Shown in pieces: positions 19,767-30,162 of a stretch of DNA of 64,000 nucleotides; the stretch's first letter is position 1; the number at the start of each line of letters is the position of its first letter. A model generated the notes under the pieces. It had not been told where the DNA came from. It saw nothing but the letters and a program-made list of their open reading frames with translations, and did no database searches. The position numbers and the translations under genes are program-made. The DNA is from Alphaproteobacteria bacterium (GTDB lineage: Bacteria; Pseudomonadota; Alphaproteobacteria; UBA828): positions 60,158 through 124,157 of the forward strand of contig CBDEFM010000001.1 in assembly GCA_965237415.1 (NCBI GenBank), read 5' to 3'.

Positions 19767-21110
19767 ATGGATCTACTCGTCGACAAGCTGAACTATATCT
19801 GGCCGTTTCTCGCGATAATCACGCCCGTGGTTTTCTTCCACGAACTTGGCCATTACCTGGTGGCCAGGATCAACGGCGTGCGCGTGGAAGTGTTCGCGGT
19901 CGGTTTCGGACCGGAGCTGTTCGGCATCGACGACCGTCACGGAACGCGCTGGAAGCTCTGCGCGCTTCCGTTAGGCGGCTATGTGAAGTTCGCCGGCGAC
20001 GCCGACGTCGCCAGCATGTCGGCCGAAGGCGACGGGCCGCTCCCGCCCGATTCATTCTACGCCAAATCGGTGGGGAAACGTTCGGCCATCGCGTTCGCGG
20101 GTCCGTTTGCGAACCTGCTGCTCGCGGCAGCGATCTTCGCCGTCTTCTTCATCGTGGTCGGCCAGCGATACACGCCGGTGGAGATCGGCGCCGTGCGCGA
20201 GGGCAGCCCTGCCGCCGTCGCTGGCCTCCAGCCGGGCGACAGGCTGGTCGAGCTCAACGGCAGCCGTGTCGAGCGGTTCGAGGAACTCCAGTTCACCCTC
20301 CTCCAGAGTCTGGGCGAGCCCATCACGCTTGCGGTCGAGCGCGGCGGCGCAGAGCTCGAGTTCACCGTGAAGCCGGAGATCGTCGAGGTGCTGGACGCCT
20401 TCGACCGGCCGCAGCAGCTGGGCGACATCGGCGTCCGGCCGTTCACGCCGGCCTCCGTCGCGCAGGTGGTCGCGGGCAGCCCGGCAGAGAGGGGCGGCCT
20501 GCAAGCGGGCGATAACATCGTCCGCATCGGAGACTCTGCGATCGAGAGCTTCGACCACCTTCGCACCATCGTGGAGCGGAACGCGGGAGTACCCCTCACC
20601 TTCGTCGTCGAACGCGGTGGTCGCGAGGTCCCGTTGACCGTGACCCCGAACGACGTGAACGGGACGGGGCGGATCGGCGTCTACCCCGAAGAGCAGACTG
20701 CGTTCCGCGATTTGGGGGTCGGCGAGTCGATCTGGGCCGGCATCGAACACACCTATACGCTCGCCGCCGCCAACCTCCGCGCGATCGGCCAGATGATCGT
20801 AGGAGCCCGCTCCACCGAGCAGCTGAGCGGACCCGTCGGTATCGCCGTCATGTCGCGAAGCGTGCTCGAGCGTGGCGTTTCCGGCTTCGTCGAGTTTGCA
20901 GCGCTGATCTCCATCGCCCTCGGCCTGATCAATCTGTTCCCGATTCCGCCGCTCGACGGCGGACACCTGCTATACAACGGTCTGGAAGCCGCGTTCCGGC
21001 GCCCGCTCACCGCCCGGATTCAACAGATCGGCGCGACGGTCGGCCTGACGCTCGTTATCGCTTTGATGGTATGGGTGACCACGAAGGACATCATTGGCCT
21101 GACCTCATGA
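19767..21110 (+). CDS. rseP: RIP zinc metalloprotease RseP (site-2 protease, M50)
   Basis: HELGHYLVA (HExxH) in the first TM helix, PDZ region, C-terminal NLFPIPPLDGGHL. ATG 19767 preferred; GTG 19758 is also possible. Confidence 0.92.
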   Translation: MDLLVDKLNYIWPFLAIITPVVFFHELGHYLVARINGVRVEVFAVGFGPELFGIDDRHGTRWKLCALPLGGYVKFAGDADVASMSAEGDGPLPPDSFYAKSVGKRSAIAFAGPFANLLLAAAIFAVFFIVVGQRYTPVEIGAVREGSPAAVAGLQPGDRLVELNGSRVERFEELQFTLLQSLGEPITLAVERGGAELEFTVKPEIVEVLDAFDRPQQLGDIGVRPFTPASVAQVVAGSPAERGGLQAGDNIVRIGDSAIESFDHLRTIVERNAGVPLTFVVERGGREVPLTVTPNDVNGTGRIGVYPEEQTAFRDLGVGESIWAGIEHTYTLAAANLRAIGQMIVGARSTEQLSGPVGIAVMSRSVLERGVSGFVEFAALISIALGLINLFPIPPLDGGHLLYNGLEAAFRRPLTARIQQIGATVGLTLVIALMVWVTTKDIIGLTS

Positions 21111-23422
21111 CCCAGCGAGCAAAGCCAATGCCAGGAGCGACAACGGCACGCCCAAGGGGCCGGATGCGACACATCGTCTGGCTGACGGCGCTCATCCTCG
21201 GCCTGTGGATCGGTGCTGCAACGGCACAGGAGAGCACGATCGGGTCCGTCCTCGTCGAGGGCAATGTGCGCATCGAGGTGGACACCATACGGTCCTATAT
21301 GGCGATCGGCCCGGGCGACGAATTCGATTCCGATGCGGTCAACGAGTCCCTCAAGAGCCTGTTCGCGACCGGCCTGTTCGCCGATGTGGCCATTCGGCGG
21401 GAAGGAAGCGCGCTGGTCGTCAGAGTGATCGAGAACCCGATCATCAATCGCGTGGCTTTCGAGGGAAACGACGCCATCGAGGACAGCGAGCTCGAAGCCG
21501 AGATTCAGCTCCAGCCGCGCGCGGTCTACACCCGGCCGCGGGTGCAGTCGGATCTGCAGCGGTTGACCGAGATCTACCGGCGCAGCGGTCGTTTCGCCGC
21601 CACCATCGAGCCCAAGGTCATCCAGCTTCCGCAAAACCGGGTCGATCTCGTTTTCGAGGTGAACGAGGGGCCGATTACGGAAGTGCAGCGGATCAACTTC
21701 CTCGGCAACACTCACTTCAGCGACAGTGCGCTCCGGGACGTCATCCAGACCGTAGAGAGTGCGTGGTATCGCTTCGCCACGAGTGCCGACACCTACGATC
21801 CCGACCGGCTGACGTTCGATCGCGAGCTGCTTCGCCGCTTCTACCTCGCCAACGGCTACGTCGATTTCCGCGTGATCTCAGCGGTCGCCGAACTGACGCC
21901 GGATCGCCGCGACTTCATCATCACCTTCTCGCTCGAGGAGGGCGAGCGCTATCGGGTCGCCGCCATCGATATTCAAAGCAGGCTGCGGGACCTCGCGCCG
22001 GAGGACCTCTTCCCCATCGTCGAAATCGAAGAGGGAGACTGGTACGACGCGGATCAGGTCGAGGACACGCTGCTCGCGCTGACGGAAGTCGTCGGCAGCC
22101 GCGGGTACGCCTTTGCCGACGTCAGCCCCCAAGTCGAACCGAATCGCGAGGCGAATACCGTCGACGTGACCTTCGAAGTCGACGAGGGCCCGCGGGTCTA
22201 TGTCGAGCGCATCGACATCGTCGGCAATGTCCGCACCCTTGACGAGGTAATTCGTCGCGAGTTTCGGCTGGCGGAGGGAGATGCCTTCAACACGGCCCTC
22301 ATTCGCCGCTCGCGACAGCGCATCATGAACCTCGGCTTCTTCAGCCAGGTCGATATCGACACCAGCGAAGGCACGGCACCGGACCGCACCGTCCTTACGG
22401 TGGAGGTCAGCGAAGTGGCCACGGGCGAGCTCAGCTTCGGCGCCGGCGTCTCGTCCGCCGAGGGTGTGCTCGGTGACATCGCCATTCGGGAGCGCAACCT
22501 GCTCGGCCGAGGACAAGAGCTCCGGCTCGCGCTTACGGTTTCCGAAAGTCACCAGGAGATCGATCTGAGCTTCACCGAGCCCTACTTCATGGACCGCGAC
22601 GTCGCCGCCGGCGTCGACGTGTTCCGGAGAACGGTCGATCTGCAGGACGAAAGTTCATTCGATCGAGAGACCATCGGCTTCGTGACGCGAGCAGGTTATC
22701 CGTTGGCCGAGCGGCTGCGGCATACCGTCTCCTACACACTCAAGAACGATGAAGTCAGCGATGTTTCTCCCTCCACATCGCGATTCATTGCCGCGCAGGA
22801 GGGCGAGACGACCACCTCGGCGGTTGCCCATAGGCTGGAGTACGACCTGCGCGACAGCCGCATCGACCCGACCGATGGCTACGTCGTCCGCTTCGGGCAG
22901 GAGCTCGCCGGGCTCGGCGGCGATGCGCAGTTCCTCAAGCACACACTCACCTACGGCCACTTTTATTCGATCGCGGACGGGTGGGTGTTGAGCGCGATCG
23001 CGCGTGCCGGGCATATTTTCGGCATCGACGACGATGTGCGTATCGTCGATCACTTCTTCCTCGGCGGCCGCAGGCTCCGGGGCTTCGAGCCAAGTGGCGT
23101 CGGCCCTCGCGATGCCGAAACCGGCGATGCGCTCGGCGGCAATCTGTTCTATTCGCTGTCGGGCGAGCTGGGCTTTCCACTCGGCCTTCCCGATGAGATC
23201 AACCTGCGGGGCGCGATCTTCGTGGACGTGGGCACCCTTACCACGATCGACGAATCAGGGCCGGAGCTTCTGGACGAAAGCTCGCCTCGGCTCTCCGCCG
23301 GCGTCGGGATCAATTTCCGCTCGCCGCTGGGTCCGATCCGGCTCGACTTCGCGCGGGCTCTCATAAAGGAAGACTTCGATCGAACCGAGAATTTCCGCTT
23401 CAGCTTCGGAACGAGGTTCTAG
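21107..23422 (+). CDS. bamA: outer membrane protein assembly factor BamA
   Basis: ATG 21107 overlaps the rseP stop (ATGA). Signal peptide ...LILGLWIGAATAQ, POTRA repeats (IGSVLVEGNVRIE..., RVAFEGN..., INFLGNTHF...), C-terminal beta-barrel ending FRFSFGTRF. Confidence 0.93.
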   Translation: MTQRAKPMPGATTARPRGRMRHIVWLTALILGLWIGAATAQESTIGSVLVEGNVRIEVDTIRSYMAIGPGDEFDSDAVNESLKSLFATGLFADVAIRREGSALVVRVIENPIINRVAFEGNDAIEDSELEAEIQLQPRAVYTRPRVQSDLQRLTEIYRRSGRFAATIEPKVIQLPQNRVDLVFEVNEGPITEVQRINFLGNTHFSDSALRDVIQTVESAWYRFATSADTYDPDRLTFDRELLRRFYLANGYVDFRVISAVAELTPDRRDFIITFSLEEGERYRVAAIDIQSRLRDLAPEDLFPIVEIEEGDWYDADQVEDTLLALTEVVGSRGYAFADVSPQVEPNREANTVDVTFEVDEGPRVYVERIDIVGNVRTLDEVIRREFRLAEGDAFNTALIRRSRQRIMNLGFFSQVDIDTSEGTAPDRTVLTVEVSEVATGELSFGAGVSSAEGVLGDIAIRERNLLGRGQELRLALTVSESHQEIDLSFTEPYFMDRDVAAGVDVFRRTVDLQDESSFDRETIGFVTRAGYPLAERLRHTVSYTLKNDEVSDVSPSTSRFIAAQEGETTTSAVAHRLEYDLRDSRIDPTDGYVVRFGQELAGLGGDAQFLKHTLTYGHFYSIADGWVLSAIARAGHIFGIDDDVRIVDHFFLGGRRLRGFEPSGVGPRDAETGDALGGNLFYSLSGELGFPLGLPDEINLRGAIFVDVGTLTTIDESGPELLDESSPRLSAGVGINFRSPLGPIRLDFARALIKEDFDRTENFRFSFGTRF

Positions 23423-23424
23423 CC

Positions 23425-23985
23425 ATGCGGGGATGGAGACGGCTCTGGCTGGTGCTCGCGCTCGCGGTCCCTTGTGCCCTGGGCAGCACCGCCGGTGCCT
23501 GGGCAGAAGAGCACGGGACGCGGATCGCCATCATCGAGATGGGGCGGATTCTCCAGGAGGCGACAGCCATCCACTCGATCCGGAGCCAAGGCGAGGCGCA
23601 GCGCAGGGCCTATGCCGAAGAGGCACAGCGCGAGGCGGAGCGGCTACGGGGAGTTCGGGACGAACTCATTCAGCAGCAGACGTTGCTCGCGCCCGCCGCC
23701 TTCGAGGAACGCCAGCGCGTTTTCAACGCCGAAGTCGCGACCGCCGACCAGAGGGCCAAGGCGCAGAACCAAATGCTGCAGCGCGCCGTCGCGGAGGGTG
23801 AGGTCCGCTTCCGCGAGGCCCTCGGCACCGTTGTCGCGGAGCTGGCGGAGGCGCGGGGTATCGAGATCGTATTGCCGGTCCACGCCTCGCTGTTCTCCGT
23901 CGCGGAGTTCAATCTGACCGACCTGGTCATCGAACGGTTGAACGAAGCGTTCCCCGAGATTGCGCTGACGTTCGACGAGAGCTGA
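23425..23985 (+). CDS. skp: periplasmic chaperone OmpH/Skp family
   Basis: 186 aa; signal peptide, then a coiled-coil Gln/Glu/Arg-rich body. Conserved position between bamA and lpxD. Confidence 0.85.
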   Translation: MRGWRRLWLVLALAVPCALGSTAGAWAEEHGTRIAIIEMGRILQEATAIHSIRSQGEAQRRAYAEEAQREAERLRGVRDELIQQQTLLAPAAFEERQRVFNAEVATADQRAKAQNQMLQRAVAEGEVRFREALGTVVAELAEARGIEIVLPVHASLFSVAEFNLTDLVIERLNEAFPEIALTFDES

Positions 23986-25013
23986 TGCCCGATCCACGCT
24001 TCTTCGCCGTGGCGGGTCCGTTCGCGCTGGCCGAGATCGCCGAGGCCGTCGGCGCGCTTCTCGCGGCCGGTGCAGACCCGGCGAAGACGCTCAGCGATGT
24101 GGCTCCGCTCGGGCAAGCGGGGCCCGAGCACCTGAGCTTCCTCGACAATCGCAAGTACGTCGAAGCGTTCGCCATCTGCCGCGCCGGCGCCTGCATCGCA
24201 CCGGCTGCGTTGGCCGACCGCGCGCCGCCAGACGTGGCGATATTGACGAGCGAGGCTCCGTACAAGTCTTACGCGCTGGCCGCAGCCTTGTTCTATCCCG
24301 TGTCAGCGCCCACACCGGAGGTGCATCCTGCGGCGGTCATCGACCCGGCGGCGACGGTCGGCGAAGGGTGCCGGATCGAGGCCGGCGCCGTCATCGAGGC
24401 CAGCGCGCGCCTAGGCGCTCGCTGCCTGATCGGGGCCAACGTCACGATCGGGACTGCGGTCGAGATCGGCGAAGATACGCGAATCGGTGCCGGCGCCTCG
24501 CTCAGCCATTGCATCGTGGGCGCACGGGTGTCGATCTTTCCCGGAGTGCGGATCGGCCAGGAGGGCTTCGGCTTCGCGGTCGACAAGAGCGGCCACGTGA
24601 GGGTTCCCCAGCTCGGCCGCGTCCTGATCGAGGATGATGTCGAGATCGGCGCCAACACCACCATCGACCGCGGAGCCGGCCCCGATACCGTGATCGGCCA
24701 AGGCTGCCGCATCGACAATCTGGTGCAAATCGCCCACAACGTCCGCATCGGGCGCGGCACCATGATCGCGGCGCAAGCCGGCATCGCGGGCAGCGCCAGG
24801 ATCGGCGACTTCGTGCTGATCGGCGGGCAGGTGGGGGTGGTGGGCCACCTCACGGTTGGCGACGGTGTGCGGCTCGTCGGCCAGAGCGGCATAATCCGCG
24901 ACATCGAGCCGGGCGAGACCTACGCCGGCACGCCCGCCGTGCCGATCCGGCAATGGCACCGTCAAACCGCACAGTTGGCGCGACTGGCAAGAGGCAGAGC
25001 GTCCCCGGAATGA
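23985..25013 (+). CDS. lpxD: UDP-3-O-acylglucosamine N-acyltransferase
   Basis: 342 aa; left-handed beta-helix hexapeptide repeats (IGxxxxIG...). N-terminus MPDPRFF. TGATG overlap with skp. Confidence 0.93.
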   Translation: MPDPRFFAVAGPFALAEIAEAVGALLAAGADPAKTLSDVAPLGQAGPEHLSFLDNRKYVEAFAICRAGACIAPAALADRAPPDVAILTSEAPYKSYALAAALFYPVSAPTPEVHPAAVIDPAATVGEGCRIEAGAVIEASARLGARCLIGANVTIGTAVEIGEDTRIGAGASLSHCIVGARVSIFPGVRIGQEGFGFAVDKSGHVRVPQLGRVLIEDDVEIGANTTIDRGAGPDTVIGQGCRIDNLVQIAHNVRIGRGTMIAAQAGIAGSARIGDFVLIGGQVGVVGHLTVGDGVRLVGQSGIIRDIEPGETYAGTPAVPIRQWHRQTAQLARLARGRASPE

Positions 25014-25480
25014 ACGAGACGACACCGAAGCAGACCGTGGAGCGCATGGACATCGAGGATATCCTCGAGGCGATCCCCCACCGTTATCCGTTCCTCATGA
25101 TAGACCGGGTCATCGACGTGATCCCGGACGAGAGCGCCATCGGCATCAAGAACGTATCGATCAACGAATCGTATTTTCACGGCCACTTCCCGCGCCGGCC
25201 GGTGATGCCGGGCGTGCTGATCATCGAATCGATGGCACAGAGTGCCGCCGTGCTCGTGGTGGCGACCCTTGGCTCGGCGATGGCGGGCAAGCTCGTGTAC
25301 TTCATGTCGATCGACGACTGCCGCTTCCGACGGCCCGTGGTGCCGGGTGATCAGCTTTTCGTCCATGTGACCAAGAAGCACCGCCGCCGGAACGTGTGGA
25401 AGTTCGAGGCCAGAGCTGCAGTGGACGACCAGACGGTCGCGGAAGCGACATACTCGGCGATGATCCTGGAAGACAGCTGA
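25010..25480 (+). CDS. fabZ: 3-hydroxyacyl-ACP dehydratase
   Basis: ATG 25010 (ATGA overlap with lpxD). [13 protein letters not shown] and [20 protein letters not shown] hot-dog motifs. Confidence 0.95.
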   Translation: MNETTPKQTVERMDIEDILEAIPHRYPFLMIDRVIDVIPDESAIGIKNVSINESYFHGHFPRRPVMPGVLIIESMAQSAAVLVVATLGSAMAGKLVYFMSIDDCRFRRPVVPGDQLFVHVTKKHRRRNVWKFEARAAVDDQTVAEATYSAMILEDS

Positions 25481-25481
25481 C

Positions 25482-26282
25482 GTGGCGGATATTCACCCGA
25501 CCGCGATCGTCGAGCCCGGCGCCGAGCTCGGCGAGGGCGTCAGCATCGGCCCTTACTGCATCGTGGGTGGCGACGTCGTGCTCGGCGACGAGGTTCGGCT
25601 GGTCTCGCACGCCGTCGTTGCCGGCCGCACGACCATCGGGCCGCGCACGAGCATCTATCCCTTCGCCTCGATCGGCCATCCGCCCCAGGACACCAAGTAC
25701 CGGGGCGAGCCGTCGCGTCTGGAGATCGGCGTCGACAACGTCATCCGCGAGCACGTGACCATGAGTCCGGGGACGCCTCACGGCCGCATGCTGACGCGCG
25801 TCGGCAACAACTGCCTGTTCATGATCGCAACCCACGTCGCCCATGACTGCATCGTGGGCGACCATGTCGTCATGGCCAACAATGCGACCTTGGGCGGCCA
25901 CGTGAGGGTGGACGACTGGGCCATTCTCGGCGGCCTCGCCGGCGTGCATCAGTTCGTTCGCATCGGGCGCCACGCGATCGTCGGCGGCATGTCCGGCGTC
26001 GAGCACGACATCATCCCTTACGGCTCTGCTATGGGCGACCGCGCCCGGCTGACGGGGCTCAACTTGATCGGGCTCAAGCGCCGGGGCTTCAGCCGCGACA
26101 TCGTCCACGATCTCCGGCGTGCCTTCCGCCTGCTTTTTGCGCAAGAGGGGACTATGTCGGAGCGTCTCGCGGACGTTGCCGAGCTGTTCCGGGACAACGA
26201 GCCGGTCATGGACATCGTCGACTTCATACGGCTCGATCGCGACCGCTCGATATGCCAGCCCCGGGACGATGGAAACGAGTAG
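25482..26282 (+). CDS. lpxA: acyl-ACP--UDP-N-acetylglucosamine O-acyltransferase
   Basis: GTG start. IHPTAIVEPGAELGEGVSIGPYCIV hexapeptide repeats; C-terminal helical domain LIGLKRRGFS. Confidence 0.95.
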   Translation: MADIHPTAIVEPGAELGEGVSIGPYCIVGGDVVLGDEVRLVSHAVVAGRTTIGPRTSIYPFASIGHPPQDTKYRGEPSRLEIGVDNVIREHVTMSPGTPHGRMLTRVGNNCLFMIATHVAHDCIVGDHVVMANNATLGGHVRVDDWAILGGLAGVHQFVRIGRHAIVGGMSGVEHDIIPYGSAMGDRARLTGLNLIGLKRRGFSRDIVHDLRRAFRLLFAQEGTMSERLADVAELFRDNEPVMDIVDFIRLDRDRSICQPRDDGNE

Positions 26283-27087
26283 TCTCGGGATCCTTGCCGG
26301 CGGCGGACCGCTGCCGGGCCTCATCGCGCGAGCCTCGGTCGGTGAAGGCCGCGATGTCCTGGTCATCGCCTTCGAAGGCGAAACGGACCCGGCGACGTGC
26401 GAAGGCGTTCCACACCGTTGGCTCGGGCTCGGCGCGGTCGGCGCCCTCCTCAAGGCGCTGCGGCGGGCAAACTGCCGCGAGGTGGTGCTTGCCGGTTCGA
26501 TCCGCCGGCCGTCTCTCTCCACCATCAGACCGGACCTGCGCGGCATGCGCCTCATGGGACGCATCGCAAGCGCGCGGGGCAAGGGCGACGACGCACTCCT
26601 CTCGCTGGTGATCGCGGAGCTCGAGGAGGAGGGCTATGCCGTGGTCGGCGTCGACGACCTGATTGCGTCCTTGTGCGCGCCTGCGGGCGTGATCGGCGAG
26701 CGCGCACCCGACGACGTTGCCGAACGCGACATCGCCATCGGCGTCGAAGCCGCGCGCGCGCTCGGCGCCCACGATATCGGCCAAGCCGTCGTCGTGCAGG
26801 CCGGGCGCGTTCTCGGTGTCGAGGGCGTCGAAGGAACGGACGGGCTTATCGAACGCTGTGCCGCGCTTCAGGAGGCGGGGCCGGGCGCGGTGCTCGTCAA
26901 GATGAGGAAGCCGGGCCAGGAGCGTCGGGCCGACCTTCCGACGATCGGGCTCACCACGATCGAGAAGCTCGCGGAGGCCGGCTTCAGCGGCGTGGCGTTC
27001 GAGGCGGGCGAGACGCTGATCCTGGAGCGCGCTCAGGCGGTCGCGCGCGCCGACGCGCACGGCGTGTTCATGATCGGCGTGAGCTGA
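26269..27087 (+). CDS. lpxI: UDP-2,3-diacylglucosamine pyrophosphatase LpxI (DUF1009)
   Basis: In-frame ATG 26269 of ORF 26119..27087, overlapping the lpxA end. LGILAGGGPLP N-terminus and DIGQAVVVQAGRVLGVEGVEGTD core. Sits at the lpxA-lpxB position, as in other alphaproteobacteria lacking lpxH. Confidence 0.85.
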   Translation: METSSLGILAGGGPLPGLIARASVGEGRDVLVIAFEGETDPATCEGVPHRWLGLGAVGALLKALRRANCREVVLAGSIRRPSLSTIRPDLRGMRLMGRIASARGKGDDALLSLVIAELEEEGYAVVGVDDLIASLCAPAGVIGERAPDDVAERDIAIGVEAARALGAHDIGQAVVVQAGRVLGVEGVEGTDGLIERCAALQEAGPGAVLVKMRKPGQERRADLPTIGLTTIEKLAEAGFSGVAFEAGETLILERAQAVARADAHGVFMIGVS

Positions 27088-27095
27088 CGGACGAA

Positions 27096-28286
27096 ATGAT
27101 TCGGGACGCGCCGCTGATCTTCCTGATTGCCGGCGAGCCGTCCGGCGATCTCATCGCTTCCCGCCTGATGGCGGCGCTCAAGCGGCGCTCAGGCAACGGC
27201 GTGCGGTTCGCCGGTATCGGCGGTCCGCTCATGGCCGAACAGGGGCTGGAGAGCCTGTTCCCCTACTCCGAGCTCTCGATGCTGGGGGTTTTGGAAGTCG
27301 TGCCCCACGTGCCGCGCTTGCTTGCGCGTATTCGGGCCACCGCGCGCACCGCGCGCCGGCTGCGGCCGGCGGCCTTCGTCTCGGTCGACGTGCCGGGTTT
27401 CGCGCTCCGTGTCGCGCGCAGGCTGAAGGGTGCCGACTTTCCCCTGATCCACTATGTGGCGCCCACCGTCTGGGCCTACCGGCCGGGGCGCGCGGCGGAG
27501 ATCGCGCGCTATCTCGACCGCGTGCTTTGCCTCTTCCCGTTCGAACCACCCTATTTCGAGGCGGAGGGCCTGAACGCGAGCTTCGTCGGCCACCCCCTGG
27601 TGGAAGAGCCCATCGACGATGCCAACGGGCCGGCCTTCCGCAGACGCCACGGCATCGCGCCGGCACAACCCGTGATCGCCGTCTTGCCAGGCAGCCGGGC
27701 CAGCGAGCTGCGCCGGCATGAGCCGGTGTTCGGAGAGGTCGTGCGAATGCTCGCCCGGCGCATCGAGGGTCTCCGCATCCTGGTGCCAACGCTGCCGCAG
27801 AACCGCGCGACTGTTGCCGCCCAGACCGCGTCATGGGGGGCGTCGGTTACCGTGGTCGAGGGCAAGGCGGAAAAGTATGCCGCGTTCGCGGCGAGCGACG
27901 TGGCGCTCACGGCCTCCGGCATGGCGACGCTGGAACTCGCGCTCGCAGGTGTTCCCATGATCGTCTGCTATCGGGCTAACCCGCTGACGGCGGCGATCGC
28001 GCGGCGAGTCGTCACGGTGCCGTATGTCGCGATGCCCAACATCATCGCCGATCGCCCAGCCGCACCGGAATTCTTGCAGCGCGATTGCACCCCCCGACGC
28101 CTCGTGCCCGCGGTCGAGCAACTGCTTCAGGACCCCGACCGCCAGCGCGAGCAGATCGACAGCTTCAGTGAGATCGCCGCCCGGCTCGGACGCGGCGGCC
28201 CACCGCCGAGCGAACGCGCGGCCGAGGCTGTGCTGCACATGATCGATGGGACGGCGCAGCGTGGCCACCGACCCACCGCGCGCTGA
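27096..28286 (+). CDS. lpxB: lipid-A-disaccharide synthase
   Basis: In-frame ATG 27096 of ORF 26397..28286. IFLIAGEPSGDLIASRLM N-terminal motif. 396 aa. Confidence 0.93.
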   Translation: MIRDAPLIFLIAGEPSGDLIASRLMAALKRRSGNGVRFAGIGGPLMAEQGLESLFPYSELSMLGVLEVVPHVPRLLARIRATARTARRLRPAAFVSVDVPGFALRVARRLKGADFPLIHYVAPTVWAYRPGRAAEIARYLDRVLCLFPFEPPYFEAEGLNASFVGHPLVEEPIDDANGPAFRRRHGIAPAQPVIAVLPGSRASELRRHEPVFGEVVRMLARRIEGLRILVPTLPQNRATVAAQTASWGASVTVVEGKAEKYAAFAASDVALTASGMATLELALAGVPMIVCYRANPLTAAIARRVVTVPYVAMPNIIADRPAAPEFLQRDCTPRRLVPAVEQLLQDPDRQREQIDSFSEIAARLGRGGPPPSERAAEAVLHMIDGTAQRGHRPTAR

Positions 28287-28294
28287 CGGTTGCA

Positions 28295-29197
28295 ATGGCG
28301 CTGTCGCTCATCCTCATCCTCATCGCCGGCATCAACTTCAGCCTGCTGATCCCGGTCAACAAGATCGCCGGCGACGCCGGATTCCCCAATTTCGCCTATG
28401 TGTTCTGGTACGCCCTTGGCGCCGGGTTGATTCTGCTGGTCCCGGCGATCATCCGTCGCGAGCTGCCGCAACTCACGGTGCCGCACCTCAGGCTCTATTT
28501 CATCAGCGCCACATTGGGCTTCGCTTTTCCGTTCGCGCTGCTCGCTTTCGTCGCCACCAAACTGCCCTCTGGCGTCACCGTTCTCCTGATCACGCTCACG
28601 CCGCTCTTCACCTATTCCCTCGCGGTCATCGCGCGGCTGGAGCGCTTTCAACCCATCTGCGCGGCGGGGCTCTTGGCGGGCATCGCCGGGGTCCTCCTCA
28701 TCGTCATTCCGGGCGACAGCCTGCCGGCACCGAGCATGGCCGTCTGGTTTCTTATCGCGCTGCTGATTCCCTTCGGGTTCGGGGCGCTCAACGTGATCGT
28801 CGAGCGCTTTCGCCCGCCCGAGGCGTCTTCGCTCGGGCTTGCGATCGGCAACCTCTTCGCCGGTGCGCTGCTGCTCCTCCCGTTCTTGCCGGCAACCGGC
28901 CAGCTCTACCTCTTCCCCGGGCCGGATCTGGACGGCGATCTCGCGCTCGTCGCGGCGGTCGTCATCAACGCGATCATGTGGCCGATGTTCTACATAATCG
29001 TGCGCCGCGCCGGCGCCTCGCTCTTCTCCATCATGACGATCATCGGTGTGGTCGGCGGTATCGGTTGGGGCATCCTCTTCTTCGACGAGACCCACTCTGC
29101 CTATGTGTGGGGCGCCGCAGGGCTCATGCTTGCCGCCTTCGTCATGATGGTGATTGGCTCGATCCGCTCCCGCGGGCCTGCCGCGCACGCCGACTGA
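28295..29197 (+). CDS. DMT-superfamily (EamA-like) transporter
   Basis: 300 aa, about 10 predicted TM helices in two similar halves. Substrate unknown. Confidence 0.75.
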   Translation: MALSLILILIAGINFSLLIPVNKIAGDAGFPNFAYVFWYALGAGLILLVPAIIRRELPQLTVPHLRLYFISATLGFAFPFALLAFVATKLPSGVTVLLITLTPLFTYSLAVIARLERFQPICAAGLLAGIAGVLLIVIPGDSLPAPSMAVWFLIALLIPFGFGALNVIVERFRPPEASSLGLAIGNLFAGALLLLPFLPATGQLYLFPGPDLDGDLALVAAVVINAIMWPMFYIIVRRAGASLFSIMTIIGVVGGIGWGILFFDETHSAYVWGAAGLMLAAFVMMVIGSIRSRGPAAHAD

Positions 29198-29370
29198 GCG
29201 CCTGACGCAGGAGCGCGTTCGACATCTCGCGCACGATGGCGTCGACGCGTCGCGCGAGGATGGGCGTGGCGACCGGGTCCCTTATCATCCCGGCCGACCC
29301 GTGGGGCGGCGCCCCTCGTATCGTTCTCCGCCGCCGCCGGCAAAAAAGTGCTCGCCGATGGCGAGCGGCC

Positions 29371-29925
29371 TCAGATCAGCTCGACATTGGTCGCCTGCGG
29401 CCCGCGCGGGCCTTGCGTGATCGTCAGCCGCACGCGCTGCTGAGGCTCCAGATCGTCGATGCCGGAACGGGCCAGCACCTTGGCATGGATGAACACGTCC
29501 TGCCCGCCGCTGTCCGGCGTGACGAAGCCGTAGCTCTTGCCCACGTTATAGAACTTGACCGTGCCCTCGACTTCCTCGGTCGGGCCCGTCGGCTCGTCAT
29601 AGCGCCGGCTCTGGAAGCCGCCGGGGCCGGGGCCGGGGCGGCGCGGCCGGTCTCCCCGCGGCGGCATGACGGTCGCCGTCGAGGTATCGACGTCAAGGAT
29701 TTGCGAGACCTGCGGGCCTTTCTGCCCCTGCACGATCTCGCATTTGACGGTGGCCCCTTGGGGCAGCGAGTCGAAGCCAGCCCGCTCGACCGCGGACACA
29801 TGGCAAAAGACATCGGGGGAGCCGTCGTCGGGCACAAGAAAGCCGAATCCCTTGGTCGGGTTGAACCACTTGACCTGGGCCGTGATTGAGTCGCCTTCGG
29901 TAGGCGGCGAACTGATGTCTGACAT
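29371..29925 (-). CDS. cold-shock protein with two tandem cold-shock domains
   Basis: In-frame ATG 29925 of ORF 29371..31038. Two CSDs, each with an RNP1-like motif: KWFNPTKGFGFLVPD and KFYNVGKSYGFVTPD. They are joined by a Pro/Arg/Gly linker. 184 aa. Confidence 0.9.
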   Translation of the reverse strand: MSDISSPPTEGDSITAQVKWFNPTKGFGFLVPDDGSPDVFCHVSAVERAGFDSLPQGATVKCEIVQGQKGPQVSQILDVDTSTATVMPPRGDRPRRPGPGPGGFQSRRYDEPTGPTEEVEGTVKFYNVGKSYGFVTPDSGGQDVFIHAKVLARSGIDDLEPQQRVRLTITQGPRGPQATNVELI

Positions 29926-30162
29926 GATGGACCAACTTGTTTGCTGTGAGATGGGCGCCTCGGCGGGTTCTCCCGCTTCGTTGGGAGCAACATCATAGCG
30001 GCTTCCGCGTCGGCTCCACATTTTATTCTGCGCGTTCCGCATCCCGTGCACGAAATTGTTGAGCGGCAGGCGCAAGCCCGGAACGCGAGACATTGACGGC
30101 AGGGGCAGCACCGCCTTACCGTCCGGGCCAGATCGCGCAACGCCACCGGGGAGGCTGCAGCC

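Noticed and set aside
29236-29889. 217-aa ORF on the plus strand overlapping the cold-shock gene.
   Set aside because: It is antisense to an unmistakable double-CSD gene. Its own translation is Arg/Ala-rich with no motif.
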